Numbered from the stretch's first letter, positions 1-10,301 are shown. The stretch: 64,000 nt of DNA from an uncultured Gemmatimonadaceae bacterium (GCA_963761305.1 CAVXGK010000002.1:2080001-2144000), one strand, 5' to 3'. The notes: generated by a model not told the origin, from the letters alone. Numbers and translations: made by a program.

Positions 1-122
1 CCGGTCTGGCGCACTTGGGGGTCGGCCGCGGGCACCGGAGTCACGTGCATAGCCGGCTTGCACTGCGTGAGCAGAAGCAGGCTCGCAGGAAGGAAGCGGG
101 CTGCGTGTTTGAGTTTTATCAC
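1..122 (-). CDS. 5' part of a putative lipoprotein (runs off window edge)
   Basis: GTG at 122 with GCAGGAG RBS; reads MIKLKHAARFLPASLLLLTQC-KPAMHVTPVP, a signal peptide with lipobox-like Cys; absent from the ORF track. Confidence 0.55.
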   Translation of the reverse strand, partial: MIKLKHAARFLPASLLLLTQCKPAMHVTPVPAADPQVRQT

Positions 123-439
123 GGCAGAACTCCTGCAGTCGAGAGCCAAGGCGGGAGCGGAGCCGAACACACGAGGCCGCCGCACGGGTGGCCGGAGCAG
201 GCTGAGGAATTGCGCGCCTGTCCGCGGAACCATCCGATTTCCCGCTCAGCCGCCGTGCAAACGCGTCCGGGCGGGTCATCGTTTACTACACGCTACCGGT
301 GTCGGTAGATCCCCAATGGCGGGCTCGGCGGCATCGGCCTTAGCGAGCCGGACGGATAGACGCAAGGCGGCGTTGCGCATTTTGTCAGCGTCACGACAGT
401 TCCATAAAGAGAAGAAAGTGTGGGCCGGCCGGGCACACG

Positions 440-688
440 TTGAGCTTATGTTGTCAGCCTGTGAGCGCCGCCGATCAAACACTGTCCCTCGTCCGCCGGC
501 AACTGGTGCGTCTTCGCGCGCGCATGGATCGCGCTCTCTTGAACATCGATCGAGGAACTGAGCAGGGCCGCGTCGCGTGGACGGCGGTGGATGAAGCCAA
601 AGTCATCGTGCAGGGTCTTGGTGTCGCCGTCGGCCCGCTCACCGAGGAAGACTTGCGCGCCGAGGGGGAGCAGAGGGCCAAGGGCTAG
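440..688 (+). CDS. small hypothetical protein
   Basis: 82-aa ORF with plausible helical composition (RRQLVRLRARMDRALLNIDRG...); start uncertain. Confidence 0.3.
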   Translation: MSLCCQPVSAADQTLSLVRRQLVRLRARMDRALLNIDRGTEQGRVAWTAVDEAKVIVQGLGVAVGPLTEEDLRAEGEQRAKG

Positions 689-750
689 TTCTCCGCGCAC
701 CGCCTCCGCACTCGTCCCAGTTCTCCGCACGCCGCTTCCGCACTCGTCCC
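687..750. repeat. two tandem 32-bp repeats (AGTTCTCCGCRCNCCGCYTCCGCACTCGTCCC)
   Basis: units at 687-718 and 719-750; same family as 1517-1611. Confidence 0.85.
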
Positions 751-807
751 ACGCGCGACCTTAGGCCGCGATGAGGAGTCGATCGGAGTCGATGACGGCG
801 CCCGAGC

Positions 808-1356
808 TCAGTTGGAGTCGATGAAAATGTCGACGAGCCGAATCTCGAGCGACTCGTCCACGTCCGGAGGACTCCACGTCAAGACGTCGCGGACAGTGCG
901 CTCCAACTCGTTCCGTGCGATCACGGTGACGGTCTTTCGCTCGGGGTCGACGATCCAATATTCCGGGACCCGAGCGTCCGCGTAGAACGTTCGTTTCTGC
1001 ATCCGGTCACGTTTGCGCGTGGAAGGCGACAAGACCTCGACGATCAGCGACGGAAGCGGCGCCGTTGCCCAATCCGTCTCGGCGTGACCCCACGGCTGTC
1101 GAACCATGAGATCGGGCTCGACCTCCGAGTCCTCGAACCTGAGCACGGCGCGCGGATGGTAGACGAGCCCGAGCCCGTTCGCGACCACGTATGGCGTGAG
1201 TCGCCCCGACAGGGCGGCGAGGATGGATTCGTGTTGGCCGCTCGGCGCGGGCGTCACGAACAGTTCGCCTCGGACTAGCTCGTACTTGTTCCCGTCGTCG
1301 GGAAGGCTGTGCAATTCGTCGAGCGTCCAGCGCTTGGTCTCGATCGCCACCTGCAT
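808..1356 (-). CDS. Uma2 family (DUF820) putative endonuclease
   Basis: WTLDELHSLPDDGNKYELVRGELFVTPAP...H, EPDL, LIVEVLSPST...DR..KR..YA...VPEYWIVDP. Confidence 0.92.
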   Translation of the reverse strand: MQVAIETKRWTLDELHSLPDDGNKYELVRGELFVTPAPSGQHESILAALSGRLTPYVVANGLGLVYHPRAVLRFEDSEVEPDLMVRQPWGHAETDWATAPLPSLIVEVLSPSTRKRDRMQKRTFYADARVPEYWIVDPERKTVTVIARNELERTVRDVLTWSPPDVDESLEIRLVDIFIDSN

Positions 1357-1471
1357 GATCCGTCCTTCCTCGGCGAAGATTTGGCCCCGAGCATGCGCCG
1401 AAGATGCGAGCTCGCGCCCGAAGCACCGTCATCGCGCCAACGCGGGCAGGATCATGATTGCGCGAGGACGC

Positions 1472-1511
1472 CGGCCGAGCATACGCTCGGCGAAAGCGCC
1501 GAGTCAAGCGG
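1472..1511 (-). promoter_or_regulatory. sigma70-like promoter with overlapping dyads, upstream of Uma2 #1
   Basis: TTGACT (1507-1502), 18 bp, TATGCT (1483-1478); CTCGGCG-N4-CGCCGAG dyad in the spacer; 38/40 identical to 21007-21046. Confidence 0.7.
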
Positions 1512-1516
1512 CCGTG

Positions 1517-1611
1517 CGCTCTCCGCACCCCGCCCCCGCACTCGTTCCAGTTCTCCGCACCCCGCCCCCACACTCGGTCCAGTTCTCCGCACCCCGCCCC
1601 CGAACTCCGCC
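1517..1611. repeat. three tandem ~32-bp repeats
   Basis: agttctccgcaccccgcccccrcactcgktcc units at ~1517, 1549 and 1581. Confidence 0.85.
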
Positions 1612-1621
1612 CTCGCACGGC

Positions 1622-3571
1622 CTACATCTTCCACCCCAACAAATTCCACTGCATCAGCGACCACGCGAACAACAGCGCGACGACCGTCGCCGCACTGAAG
1701 CGGAGCCGCGCCGCGCGCGTCCCCGCGCCGACCAGCCACTGGCGGAACGCGAAGATCACCGCGCCGAGCACGCAAATCGTTCCGATGACCGGCAGGGCAA
1801 GCGCGATCTTCACCGACGTGAGCGGTCCATTGAGCAGCCCGCCGCCTGACGCGCTGGCGATCGCCACGATCGCGATCACGAACACGATCTGCAGCGCCGC
1901 CGCGGTGACGAGAAGCCAACGACCCTGCAAGGCATCCTCCCGCCGCGGTTCGCCGAACCAGCGTCTGAACACTCGCCCGATCGCGGCCAGCACCACTCCA
2001 ACGAAGACGACAACGCCGAGTCCGAGAATGAACCAGTGGAGCGTCACCGATTGGCTGGCCGGGACGCGCTCCATCGTCATCATCGGCGCGGGGCCGAAGA
2101 ACCCGCGCACTATGTGACCGCCGCTGTCCGCCTGAAACGCGACCAGCGCGTCGCCGAGCTCCTCGCGATAGAGGAGTGGGCCGACCGGCAGGAGCCGCGA
2201 ATCGCCGAGCGCCGAGTGCATGACCAGGCGTCCGCTGTCGGCCCTGATGCGAATGTCGCCGGCGAGGCCGATCGCCTTCTGAAAGGTGGTGAAGGAATGG
2301 CGATTGAACTCGTACTCGCCCTGGACGAGCTGCGCCTCTTTCGTCGCGTCGGCCGGCATCGCGACAACGGACGGGGTGATTGGATAGTAGTGATCGAGGA
2401 ACTGCGTCTGGAACTGGTCGAAGCTGAGCTCACCGCCCGTGTTCGTGTTGTAGGAGACGAACACGCCCAGCTTTTCGTCCGGGATGAGCTCCAGGTCGGT
2501 GTGGAACCACTGCGTGTCGCCGCCGTGCCCGATGACTCGCAAACCGTGACTGGACTTCTCGTAGAAACCGAGCGCGAAGCCGGGGAGCCGAGGATCGTGA
2601 CCGAAGGCGCGCGCGTGCATCCGCTTGGCGGTGGAGTCGGCGAGGATGCGCTGGCCATTGAGCACGCCGTCGTTCAAGTGCGCGATCATGAACTTCGCCA
2701 TGTCGGTCGCGCTGGCGGCGATCGACCCCGCCGGCATCGGTTCGACGATCTCGTACTTCTGCGGCATGAACGAGCCACCGGCCCATCCGTAGCCGTCGGA
2801 CATGTCGGCGCGTATACGCGACGGCACGGGCTGGCGTGTCGTCGTCTGCGTCATGCCGAGGGGCGTGAGGACGTGCTGTTCTATATAGTCGTCCCACGGC
2901 ACGCCGGACACGCGCTGCACGACATACCCGGCGAGCGCAGTGGCGTAGTTCGAGTACGACGCGTAGGTACCCGGCGGTCGCACACGCCCCGGAATGTGCG
3001 TGGCGAGCCAACGCCCAAGCGGGATGAGCGTCGTCGAATCGGCGCTGATGAGGTCCCGTGAGTCTTCTTCAAACCCCGGCGTGTGGGTCATGATGTGCCG
3101 CAGCGTGATCGGCTGCGGGAAGGTCGCCGGGATCTTGAAGTCGAGGTAGCGATTGACGTCGGTGTCGAGATCGAGCTTCCCCTGTTCCACCAGTTGCATC
3201 ACGGCCGTCCAGGTGAACAGCTTGCTCGTCGACCCGATGCGAAAGAGCGAATGCTCGGCGTCGACCGGCTTGCGTTTGTCGACGTCGGCGTAACCGTAGC
3301 CCTTGGCGAAAAAGAGCGCGCCGTCTTTCACGACCGCGACGGTCGCACCGGCGACGTGCTTGTCGCGGAGGTTGGCGTCCATGATTCCGTCGACGAACGC
3401 CTCGAGCTCGGCGCGGTCGTGCACGCCGCGCGTGGCGGCGGCCGGTGTCGGCGGTGGCGGCGTTTCGCTGCGCGGCTTCGGCGTGAGCTGTCGGACCGGC
3501 GTCGGCTGCTGCGCGAGGAGCGACGAGGAAAGCAGGCAGATCGCGGCGAGCGAGAGGCGGGGCGTCTTCAT
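1622..3571 (-). CDS. serine hydrolase, beta-lactamase/AmpC family, with C-terminal TM helices
   Basis: signal peptide; FRIGSTSK (SxxK), YSN, GHGG motifs; hydrophobic C-terminal helices. Confidence 0.9.
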   Translation of the reverse strand: MKTPRLSLAAICLLSSSLLAQQPTPVRQLTPKPRSETPPPPTPAAATRGVHDRAELEAFVDGIMDANLRDKHVAGATVAVVKDGALFFAKGYGYADVDKRKPVDAEHSLFRIGSTSKLFTWTAVMQLVEQGKLDLDTDVNRYLDFKIPATFPQPITLRHIMTHTPGFEEDSRDLISADSTTLIPLGRWLATHIPGRVRPPGTYASYSNYATALAGYVVQRVSGVPWDDYIEQHVLTPLGMTQTTTRQPVPSRIRADMSDGYGWAGGSFMPQKYEIVEPMPAGSIAASATDMAKFMIAHLNDGVLNGQRILADSTAKRMHARAFGHDPRLPGFALGFYEKSSHGLRVIGHGGDTQWFHTDLELIPDEKLGVFVSYNTNTGGELSFDQFQTQFLDHYYPITPSVVAMPADATKEAQLVQGEYEFNRHSFTTFQKAIGLAGDIRIRADSGRLVMHSALGDSRLLPVGPLLYREELGDALVAFQADSGGHIVRGFFGPAPMMTMERVPASQSVTLHWFILGLGVVVFVGVVLAAIGRVFRRWFGEPRREDALQGRWLLVTAAALQIVFVIAIVAIASASGGGLLNGPLTSVKIALALPVIGTICVLGAVIFAFRQWLVGAGTRAARLRFSAATVVALLFAWSLMQWNLLGWKM

Positions 3572-3665
3572 ATGTAGGGCTTCCGTGACGGCGGGGAGGC
3601 GAAGCTAGCCTTTGGGTCGCTGGGCAGCTAGGTGGGTTGTCCTGAACCGCCGCGACAAAGACGAG

Positions 3666-3833
3666 ATGGCGCACACCGGCGCAGTGCGTCGGTGGGGCAT
3701 TTTCTGGCCGGACCTCGAACCCGGCGTCGGAAGCGAGCAAAAGGGCGAGCGACGCCACGTAATCGTCGTGTCGAACGACGGGTTCAACGCCGCGTTCCCC
3801 GTCGTCACCGTGGTCCCGGCGACGAAGGTGTAG
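3666..3833 (+). pseudogene. truncated PemK/MazF-family toxin
   Basis: RRWGIFWPDLEPGVGSEQKGERRHVIVVSNDGFN...VVTVVPATK matches the MazF N-terminus; stops at 55 aa; no antitoxin upstream. Confidence 0.75.
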
Positions 3834-3849
3834 GCAGACCCAACGCTGG

Positions 3850-6438
3850 TCACGGCTCGCGATCCACGCGCTTTGCCGTAAAGCCGTAGGTGGGGTCGAG
3901 CAGCGACAGCGCCGCGACTTTATCGCCTTTGAACGTGAACTCCCACATGCCATCGAATGGTCTGGCAGTTCCGACGAACCGGCTGGGCGACAACGCGGTG
4001 AGCGGAGTCCCCACTGCGAGGTCCCGCCCCGATGGTTCGCCCGGCCGGCCGGAGTTTATCAGCGTGAGCACGCCGCCGCGCAACTCCGTCGCGAACCCGT
4101 ACTCATAGTGCCCGACAAACCGCGCCAGTGCGGTGTCCGACAGCTTCAACCCCGCAACGCGCTGGAACGAACGCGCACTCGCGCCGGTCCCGGTCGCGAC
4201 GCCGGAATTGTCGAACCGAAAGTGCTCGACCGGGACTTCTTCCTTCACGAGAGCGTTCTTGCAGGTACCCGGCACGAACGAACCGTCGGCTAACGGAATC
4301 AGGCAGTGCGCCGGCGACTCGACGCCGGCAACCGTTCGACTCATGGCGAGCCCCGCCGAATCCGACCACACACTCACCACGTCGGGTGACGCCGCGGTCG
4401 TCGATGACACGTACGCGCCGACCAGCTTGACCAGCGCCGCGTTCGAGGGCTCGTCAATCGCGAGCGATGTGCCGGTTGCCGCCACGCGCATCGCGGCTTC
4501 GGTGACGGGTCCCACTCCGAACGCAATTCGCTGCAGAGCCGACAACGGGCCTCGCGCCGGATAGTAATCCGTCGCCACTTCGAGTACATACACGCCGGGT
4601 GCCGCGGGCGTCCACTCGAAATCGTACGTCTCGCCGACGTCCATCCGCTGCTTCGCTTCTGTCTCGACGCGATTCGCCGCTGGCAGCGTGGCACCGTCCC
4701 TCGCGAACGGGCGCCACATCGCCGGCTTGTCGTTCAGCAGGAGGCGAATGCTCTTCACGTCGTCCAGGCTGATTTGCGTGAACCTCAGCCGGTACGTCTT
4801 TCCAACACTGAAATGCTGGCTCGGCTGAAGGCCCCGACCGTTGATCGCGGCGTCGGCGTCCAACGTCGCTCCGCGCGAGGCGAGCACGAACAGCCGGTCG
4901 GTGTCGGTGTTCAGCGCGTGGCCGCGATCGAGCACGATCAACGTCCCGTACAGCCCCTGCGCCAGCCTCGCCCCGAGCTCACCATGCGTGTGGTACATGA
5001 ACGTGCCCGCTCGCGGCGGAGTGATGTAGACGCTCATCGTATCCGCTGGCGGAATCATTCCGCGCGTCTGGCCCGGTTCACCGCTCCAATGCGCGACCCC
5101 GTCGTAGTAGCTCTCGAGCTCGAGGCCGTGCCAATGCACGCCGAGCGGAAACGGCAGGCGATTGTGCACCACGATACGTGTCGGCTCACCCTGCTCGAGA
5201 ATGAGCGGGCTTCCCGGCACTTCTATGGAATCAGGTGCCGGAGGCCGATTGCCGCGCTGAAGGACGAACCCGTAGCCTGCCGAGTCATCGAAGACGTGCG
5301 GCCGCAGCCCGGTCCAGAGGTCCAGTCGGCGAGCGTTCGCCGGAGGCGTCGTCGCGACCGCCGTGCGCGGGCGGATGGTGATACCGAGAATCAGTCCGCC
5401 CATCCCGCGATCGCCCGGCATGTCGCTCGTCGACGCGACGGCGAGTGATTCGGCCGAGTATTTTTGGACGTCGCTCGAGTGCCGAATGAGGTGGCAGTGG
5501 AACAGCCAGTTGCCGGGGCGATCCGCGATCCATGAGAGCTGCATCGTCGAGATGTCGCGCATGCCCTCGGTCACTTCGAGCGGCCTTGGGCTGTTGACGA
5601 TCGTGTCCGCCTGCCCGTCGCCACGCGAGTTCACGGTGAAATAAAATCCGTGCAGATGCAGCGGGTGATACACACGGCTGACGTTGATCACGCGCCAGTG
5701 AACGGTGTCGCCTTGATCGTAGGTAAGCCGCTCGGTGTGCGGCCAAGAGAGTCCGTTGAAACTCAGGCGAAACGTCACGTCCGCCGGCTCCAACGGTGAG
5801 GCGTAGCTCGTGATGACGAAGATTCGTTCATTCGCAGGTGGAGGCGTGTCGGCAGGATCGACGATGAATGCGCCAACCAAAGGTCCTTCGATGCTCCCCG
5901 CGGCGGGTATTGTGAACTGGTTTTCCGCCAGCGTGTCCGTGCTGTTTGGCAGCCGGCGAGCAAAGTAGAACGACGTCACGGCTCGAGTCGGGGTGAAACG
6001 CACCTCGCGCTCCTCGCCGGGAGCGAGTCGCAGTGCAGGCTGTCGCACAAAGCCTGGCAGGCCGTTCACAGCCGTATCACCTGGCACCCGATCGCTCAGC
6101 CCACGAACCCGCACGGCGCGAGTGAGCGTGTTGCGAACGGAAACGCGTACCGGAGTACCCGCGCGCATTCGCAGCAGCGGCCCGGGCACCTGCGGCGCGT
6201 GTCCGCGCTCGGCGAATCCGATCGCGGGAACGAGCGGACCTCGCGGCCCACGGGGCGACCAGGTGAGGTCGACGACGTCGAGCTCGACCCGAAGCTCTCC
6301 GTCTACTATCCGGCCTGCGGGAGTGCGCTGATCGTTCGCCACGGCATGAAGGGCAGCCCTGCGCGGAAACGTTGTTCGGGGGACCGCAATGGCGGTGAGA
6401 GCGGTCGCTGCCATGAGTACACCGAGCCGAGTCTGCAT
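3850..6438 (-). CDS. multicopper oxidase domain protein, four cupredoxin-like domains plus C-terminal extension
   Basis: signal peptide; two PGP/PGS-Lx domain starts; HPLHLHG, WLFHCHLIRH...GM, VHWHG, YHTH. Confidence 0.85.
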   Translation of the reverse strand: MQTRLGVLMAATALTAIAVPRTTFPRRAALHAVANDQRTPAGRIVDGELRVELDVVDLTWSPRGPRGPLVPAIGFAERGHAPQVPGPLLRMRAGTPVRVSVRNTLTRAVRVRGLSDRVPGDTAVNGLPGFVRQPALRLAPGEEREVRFTPTRAVTSFYFARRLPNSTDTLAENQFTIPAAGSIEGPLVGAFIVDPADTPPPANERIFVITSYASPLEPADVTFRLSFNGLSWPHTERLTYDQGDTVHWRVINVSRVYHPLHLHGFYFTVNSRGDGQADTIVNSPRPLEVTEGMRDISTMQLSWIADRPGNWLFHCHLIRHSSDVQKYSAESLAVASTSDMPGDRGMGGLILGITIRPRTAVATTPPANARRLDLWTGLRPHVFDDSAGYGFVLQRGNRPPAPDSIEVPGSPLILEQGEPTRIVVHNRLPFPLGVHWHGLELESYYDGVAHWSGEPGQTRGMIPPADTMSVYITPPRAGTFMYHTHGELGARLAQGLYGTLIVLDRGHALNTDTDRLFVLASRGATLDADAAINGRGLQPSQHFSVGKTYRLRFTQISLDDVKSIRLLLNDKPAMWRPFARDGATLPAANRVETEAKQRMDVGETYDFEWTPAAPGVYVLEVATDYYPARGPLSALQRIAFGVGPVTEAAMRVAATGTSLAIDEPSNAALVKLVGAYVSSTTAASPDVVSVWSDSAGLAMSRTVAGVESPAHCLIPLADGSFVPGTCKNALVKEEVPVEHFRFDNSGVATGTGASARSFQRVAGLKLSDTALARFVGHYEYGFATELRGGVLTLINSGRPGEPSGRDLAVGTPLTALSPSRFVGTARPFDGMWEFTFKGDKVAALSLLDPTYGFTAKRVDREP

Positions 6439-6444
6439 GTCGGA

Positions 6445-6916
6445 TCAGCTCTTCTTGTATGACACGGTGTGGATCACCGGCTTGCCGCCGCCGGGTGCCG
6501 GCAGGGTGGCTACGAGCACGAGGTGTCCCGAGGCGTCGAGCGAATAGGCAAATGTGGCTGTGGCGGGCGCGGTCATCGCGTCATCGTCGTGACGAGCGTC
6601 GAGCCTTCCCACTTGGCGCGCGTCACGAGTTCGAACTCGTTGCCGTTGCCATCCGTCATCATCTTCTTGCTGTCGGTGCCGTCGAGATTGTAGACGGACT
6701 TCGAATCATTGCGGCCCATCGACGGCACGGTCATCATCACTGCCTTCGCGTCTTGCACGATCGTCATCGCATCCGGCGCGCCGCCATGCCCATCGCCGGG
6801 GCGTTGGGGTCGACGATCCGGGTCCAGGTGCCGGCGAAGTTCGGCGTCTGGGCGGCGAGGTTCGCGGCGCCAACAACCAACGCCGCCGCGGTCAGAAAAA
6901 ATACTGTACGTCGCAT
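6445..6916 (-). pseudogene. frameshifted paralog of the secreted protein at 10357-10836
   Basis: MRRTVFFLTAAALVVGAANLAAQTPNFAGTWT / MTIVQDAKA...RAKWEGSTLVTTM / SLDASGHL...SYKKS spread over different frames. Confidence 0.85.
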
Positions 6917-7028
6917 GGGAAACGCTCCGGTATGAGGCCGGTGGCTGACCGCCGGCGTTTGGCAGGTACCTCGTGAGCGACAGGCCGCGAATCGTCGCGA
7001 CCTTGTTTGCATGCCCTTTTCCTTTGTC

Positions 7029-8045
7029 TCACTTCCCTTCGAGTCTGCCGACGAACCGCTTGATCGCCGCGAAGTAGTTCTCCGCGTCATCCCACATGTC
7101 GAAGTGCGAACCGTTGGGACAGATGGCGATGGTGACGTCCCGATCGTTCGTCATCAGGTCTTTCATGCGCTGGTAGTCGTAGGGCGGCGTGTAGTCGTAC
7201 GTCGAACCGATGAAAAGCGTCGGCACGGTGAGAGCTGCCATTGCGGTCTCGTAGTTTGTCGAGTTCATGTCCCGAGTGAGCCAGCGCATCGCGCCGGCTC
7301 TCGCGTGGTCCTTCGAGCGTTTGACCGGATCGGGCATCGGGTCGAGCCGGATGTAGTGGCGCTGAACAAAGACCGGCATCACCTTGGCCATGAGCGCCCT
7401 GAAGGCTTGGCTATTCCCCGTGCTGTTGTTCATCATGCCAAACCGGATCGAGTCCGCATACTGCCGGCCGTCCGTTAGAGATTCCGCGATATCGGCGATC
7501 AAGAGGCTCTGGTACTGCTGGTTTTGCCCGGTCGCGAAGATGGATGCGTTCGACAGGATCAACCCCTTCAGGTGCTGCCGGTACTTCGCCGCGTAGGCCG
7601 TCGCCAGCAGCGTACCCCACGAGTGACCGAGCAGGTAGAATTGGTCGAGTCCAAGTCCCTTTCGCACCTCTTCGACCTCTTCGACCATCCGTGCCACGGT
7701 CTGGAGCGAGGTGTCCCTAGGCTGATCGGACAGGTACGTGCCAAGTTGTGAGAAAACGTAGATCTCGTAGCCCGGGCCCAGATGCTCGGGAAAATTCTCG
7801 AAGTATTCGGGCGAGGTGCCTGGTCCGCCGTGGAGCAGCAGGAGCTTGATCTTGCCCTCGCCGATCCGCTGGCTCCAGAGCTTGTACTTCCCGCCCTCGA
7901 CCGGAATCATTCGCACTCCGGGAGCGTGCATCTTGGCTTCGTACACGCTGTCGGTGTTCTGCGCGAACGCAGTATCCCCGACAACACTGATGCCCACTGC
8001 GAACATCGCTGCAGCGATGCGCAGTAACCGCAGAGCGCTCGTCAT
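7029..8045 (-). CDS. proline iminopeptidase family alpha/beta hydrolase, secreted
   Basis: LHGGPG, GHSWG nucleophile elbow, GSHFDMWD; ATGA overlap with the upstream gene's stop. Confidence 0.88.
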   Translation of the reverse strand: MTSALRLLRIAAAMFAVGISVVGDTAFAQNTDSVYEAKMHAPGVRMIPVEGGKYKLWSQRIGEGKIKLLLLHGGPGTSPEYFENFPEHLGPGYEIYVFSQLGTYLSDQPRDTSLQTVARMVEEVEEVRKGLGLDQFYLLGHSWGTLLATAYAAKYRQHLKGLILSNASIFATGQNQQYQSLLIADIAESLTDGRQYADSIRFGMMNNSTGNSQAFRALMAKVMPVFVQRHYIRLDPMPDPVKRSKDHARAGAMRWLTRDMNSTNYETAMAALTVPTLFIGSTYDYTPPYDYQRMKDLMTNDRDVTIAICPNGSHFDMWDDAENYFAAIKRFVGRLEGK

Positions 8046-10301
8046 GGCTTGAGGGGCTGAAACGCCGGGTGTCCGGTCTGCCAGAGCACGAAGCTCCACG
8101 TGTCGACCGCTCGCGCCAGCGCCTGTTCGTGGCTCGAAGCAATCCCGTGGCCGGCGGTGTAGTCCACTCGCAGCAACACCGGCTTTCCACTCGCCGTCGC
8201 CGCTTGTAGACGCGCCGCGAACTTGGCCGGCTCCCACGGGTCGACGCGCGGATCGTTGATTCCGGTCGTCACCAGCACGGCGGGATACTTCACGCCGTCC
8301 ATGACGTTGGCGAAAGGACTCATCGCATAGAGTGCGCGGAAGCCTGCCTCGGTCTTCGCGCTCCCGAACTCCTGGATGTTCGGGCCGCCGTTCGCTGTGG
8401 TCTCCGAACGGACCATGTCGGCGGCCGGCACGTCGGCGACCGCGGCGGCGAAGAGATCGGGGCGTTCCTCGATCGCTCGCCCGATCAGAATGCCGCCGGC
8501 ACTCCCCGCCTCGCCGGCCAGATGTGCAGGCGACGTGAATCCCTGCGCGATCAGGTACTCAGCGCACGCGATGAAGTCGCGCCACGTATTCGGTTTCGTC
8601 GCTCCCTTACCGGCCAGATGCCACTCCTCACCAAACTCGCCGCCGCCGCGCACGTGGCATGTCGCCCGCACCACGCCGAGTTCGTACTCGGCCAGTTGTG
8701 TCGGAGAGAATCCGACGATGAACGGATTCCCGTAGGCGCCATAGCCGGCGAGCAGGGTCGGATGCGATCCGTCTCGCTCGAGTCCTTTCGGATAGACGAT
8801 TGTGAGCGGCACCATCGTGCCGTCGTAGCTTCGGACCGTGACCTCGACCGACTCGATGTTCGACGGACGGTCGTTCGGGCCCTCCGGCTGCAGCTTCGTG
8901 TCTATTAGCCGGCGCGTTTGGGGATCGTAAGCGTAGATGCCGGATTCCGCCGTGGGTGTAGCGAGCTCCACCAGGGCACCGTCTACGGTTGCGTCGGCGG
9001 TCGCGAACGTTTGGGCGGTCGCAAAGACCGTCAGGTATTCGGCCCGCGGATGCGAACCGAATGGCACCCGGAGCACTCGATTGATGCCCCCGTCCAGCAC
9101 GCCCAAGTACAGCGCGTCCGCGGCTGGGTCGAGGTTTTGAATGACCGCTTCACTCGCGGGAACGACTACCTCCGCCGCGGCGAGATCGGGATGGCGCGCG
9201 TCGGTGCGAAGGACTTGATAGTGCGATGCATTCTTGAAGCTGAGCAGGTAGAGGTCGTCGCCGTGTACCGTCGCATCCGCGACCTGGTCGGCGAAGCCGA
9301 CCACCTTGCGCCACTGAACGTCGGGCGTGCCGATTGCGTCAATCGGCGCAACGTAGAACTCGTGGCCGGGCGACGTTCCGTTGCGGAGCGACGCCACGGC
9401 GTACCGCGACACGACTTCCACATCGGCGGAGTACGTCGAGTCCACGGTGATGGACGGGATCACGCCGTAGCCGAAGACCGCGTGGTCTTGCCGCTCGTCA
9501 GTTCCCATCACGTGCCAATAGCTGCGCTCCTTCTGTTCGCGTGCAGTCCGCGGCGCGTTGGCGGGAAGATCCTGATGTCTGGTATAGAAGAATGAACGGC
9601 TCCCCGGCAGCCAGCTCACCCAGCCGTCGCCGTGCAGGAGCACGTCACCTGTTTCGGATCCGGTCGCGGTCGCGATGACGTGCAATCTCGTTATTCTGCT
9701 CCGCGCCCCCCGGCGTGATGCCGAGCGCGACGTATCGACTGTCGTCCGAGATCGTGACGACTTCAATGGTGGTCGGGCCCCTGCCCCGGTTCGAGGGAGC
9801 GAGGGAGATCGTGGTCGGATCGACGAGCAATCGCTCACGGCCATCGAGACCGTCACGTTCATACAGCTTGGTGACGTTTTCCCCCGCGAGTCGCTTGAGG
9901 TAGAAATATCTGTCGCCCGGCCGTCGCCAAAAATTGACGACCACGGCGCGCTGTGCCGAGTCGAGCTGTCGCAGTCGGGCGAGTAGAGCGTCGCGGCCAG
10001 GAAGCGCGCTCAAGACGGCGTGTGTATAGTCGGCCTGGGCTTTCATCCATTGCTGGACTTCAGGGTTCTTCAAATCCTCGAAGTAGCGATAATTGTCGAC
10101 GACCTTCGTACCGAAGTAGGCGTCCGTCACTGGCCGGACGGCTGCCATCGGCGGTGGACGCAGGCGAGCGGAGTCCTGCGCCCGTACACTCGGGACGCCG
10201 AGGCCGAGTGCCAGCACGAACGGAATGACTGACCAACGACCGCGCGGAATGGCCGACCGCGATCGATGTGTCACTGGCCGATAACCGAACGAAATTCGCA
10301 T
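8042..10301 (-). pseudogene. prolyl oligopeptidase (S9A), one +1 frameshift near 9686
   Basis: N-terminal VTDAYFGTKVVDNYRYFED in one frame; GYGAYG, HVRGGGEFG, GSAGG, DPRV, GHG in another; GAGGAG RBS before ATG 10301; could be a sequencing error. Confidence 0.85.

Noticed and set aside
687..1611. 32-bp repeats as a CRISPR array
   Set aside because: Units are directly tandem with no unique spacers, and no cas genes are present.
9680..9692. Programmed frameshift in the prolyl oligopeptidase gene
   Set aside because: No slippery sequence; a single extra base is more likely mutation or sequencing error, as with several other +1 shifts here.
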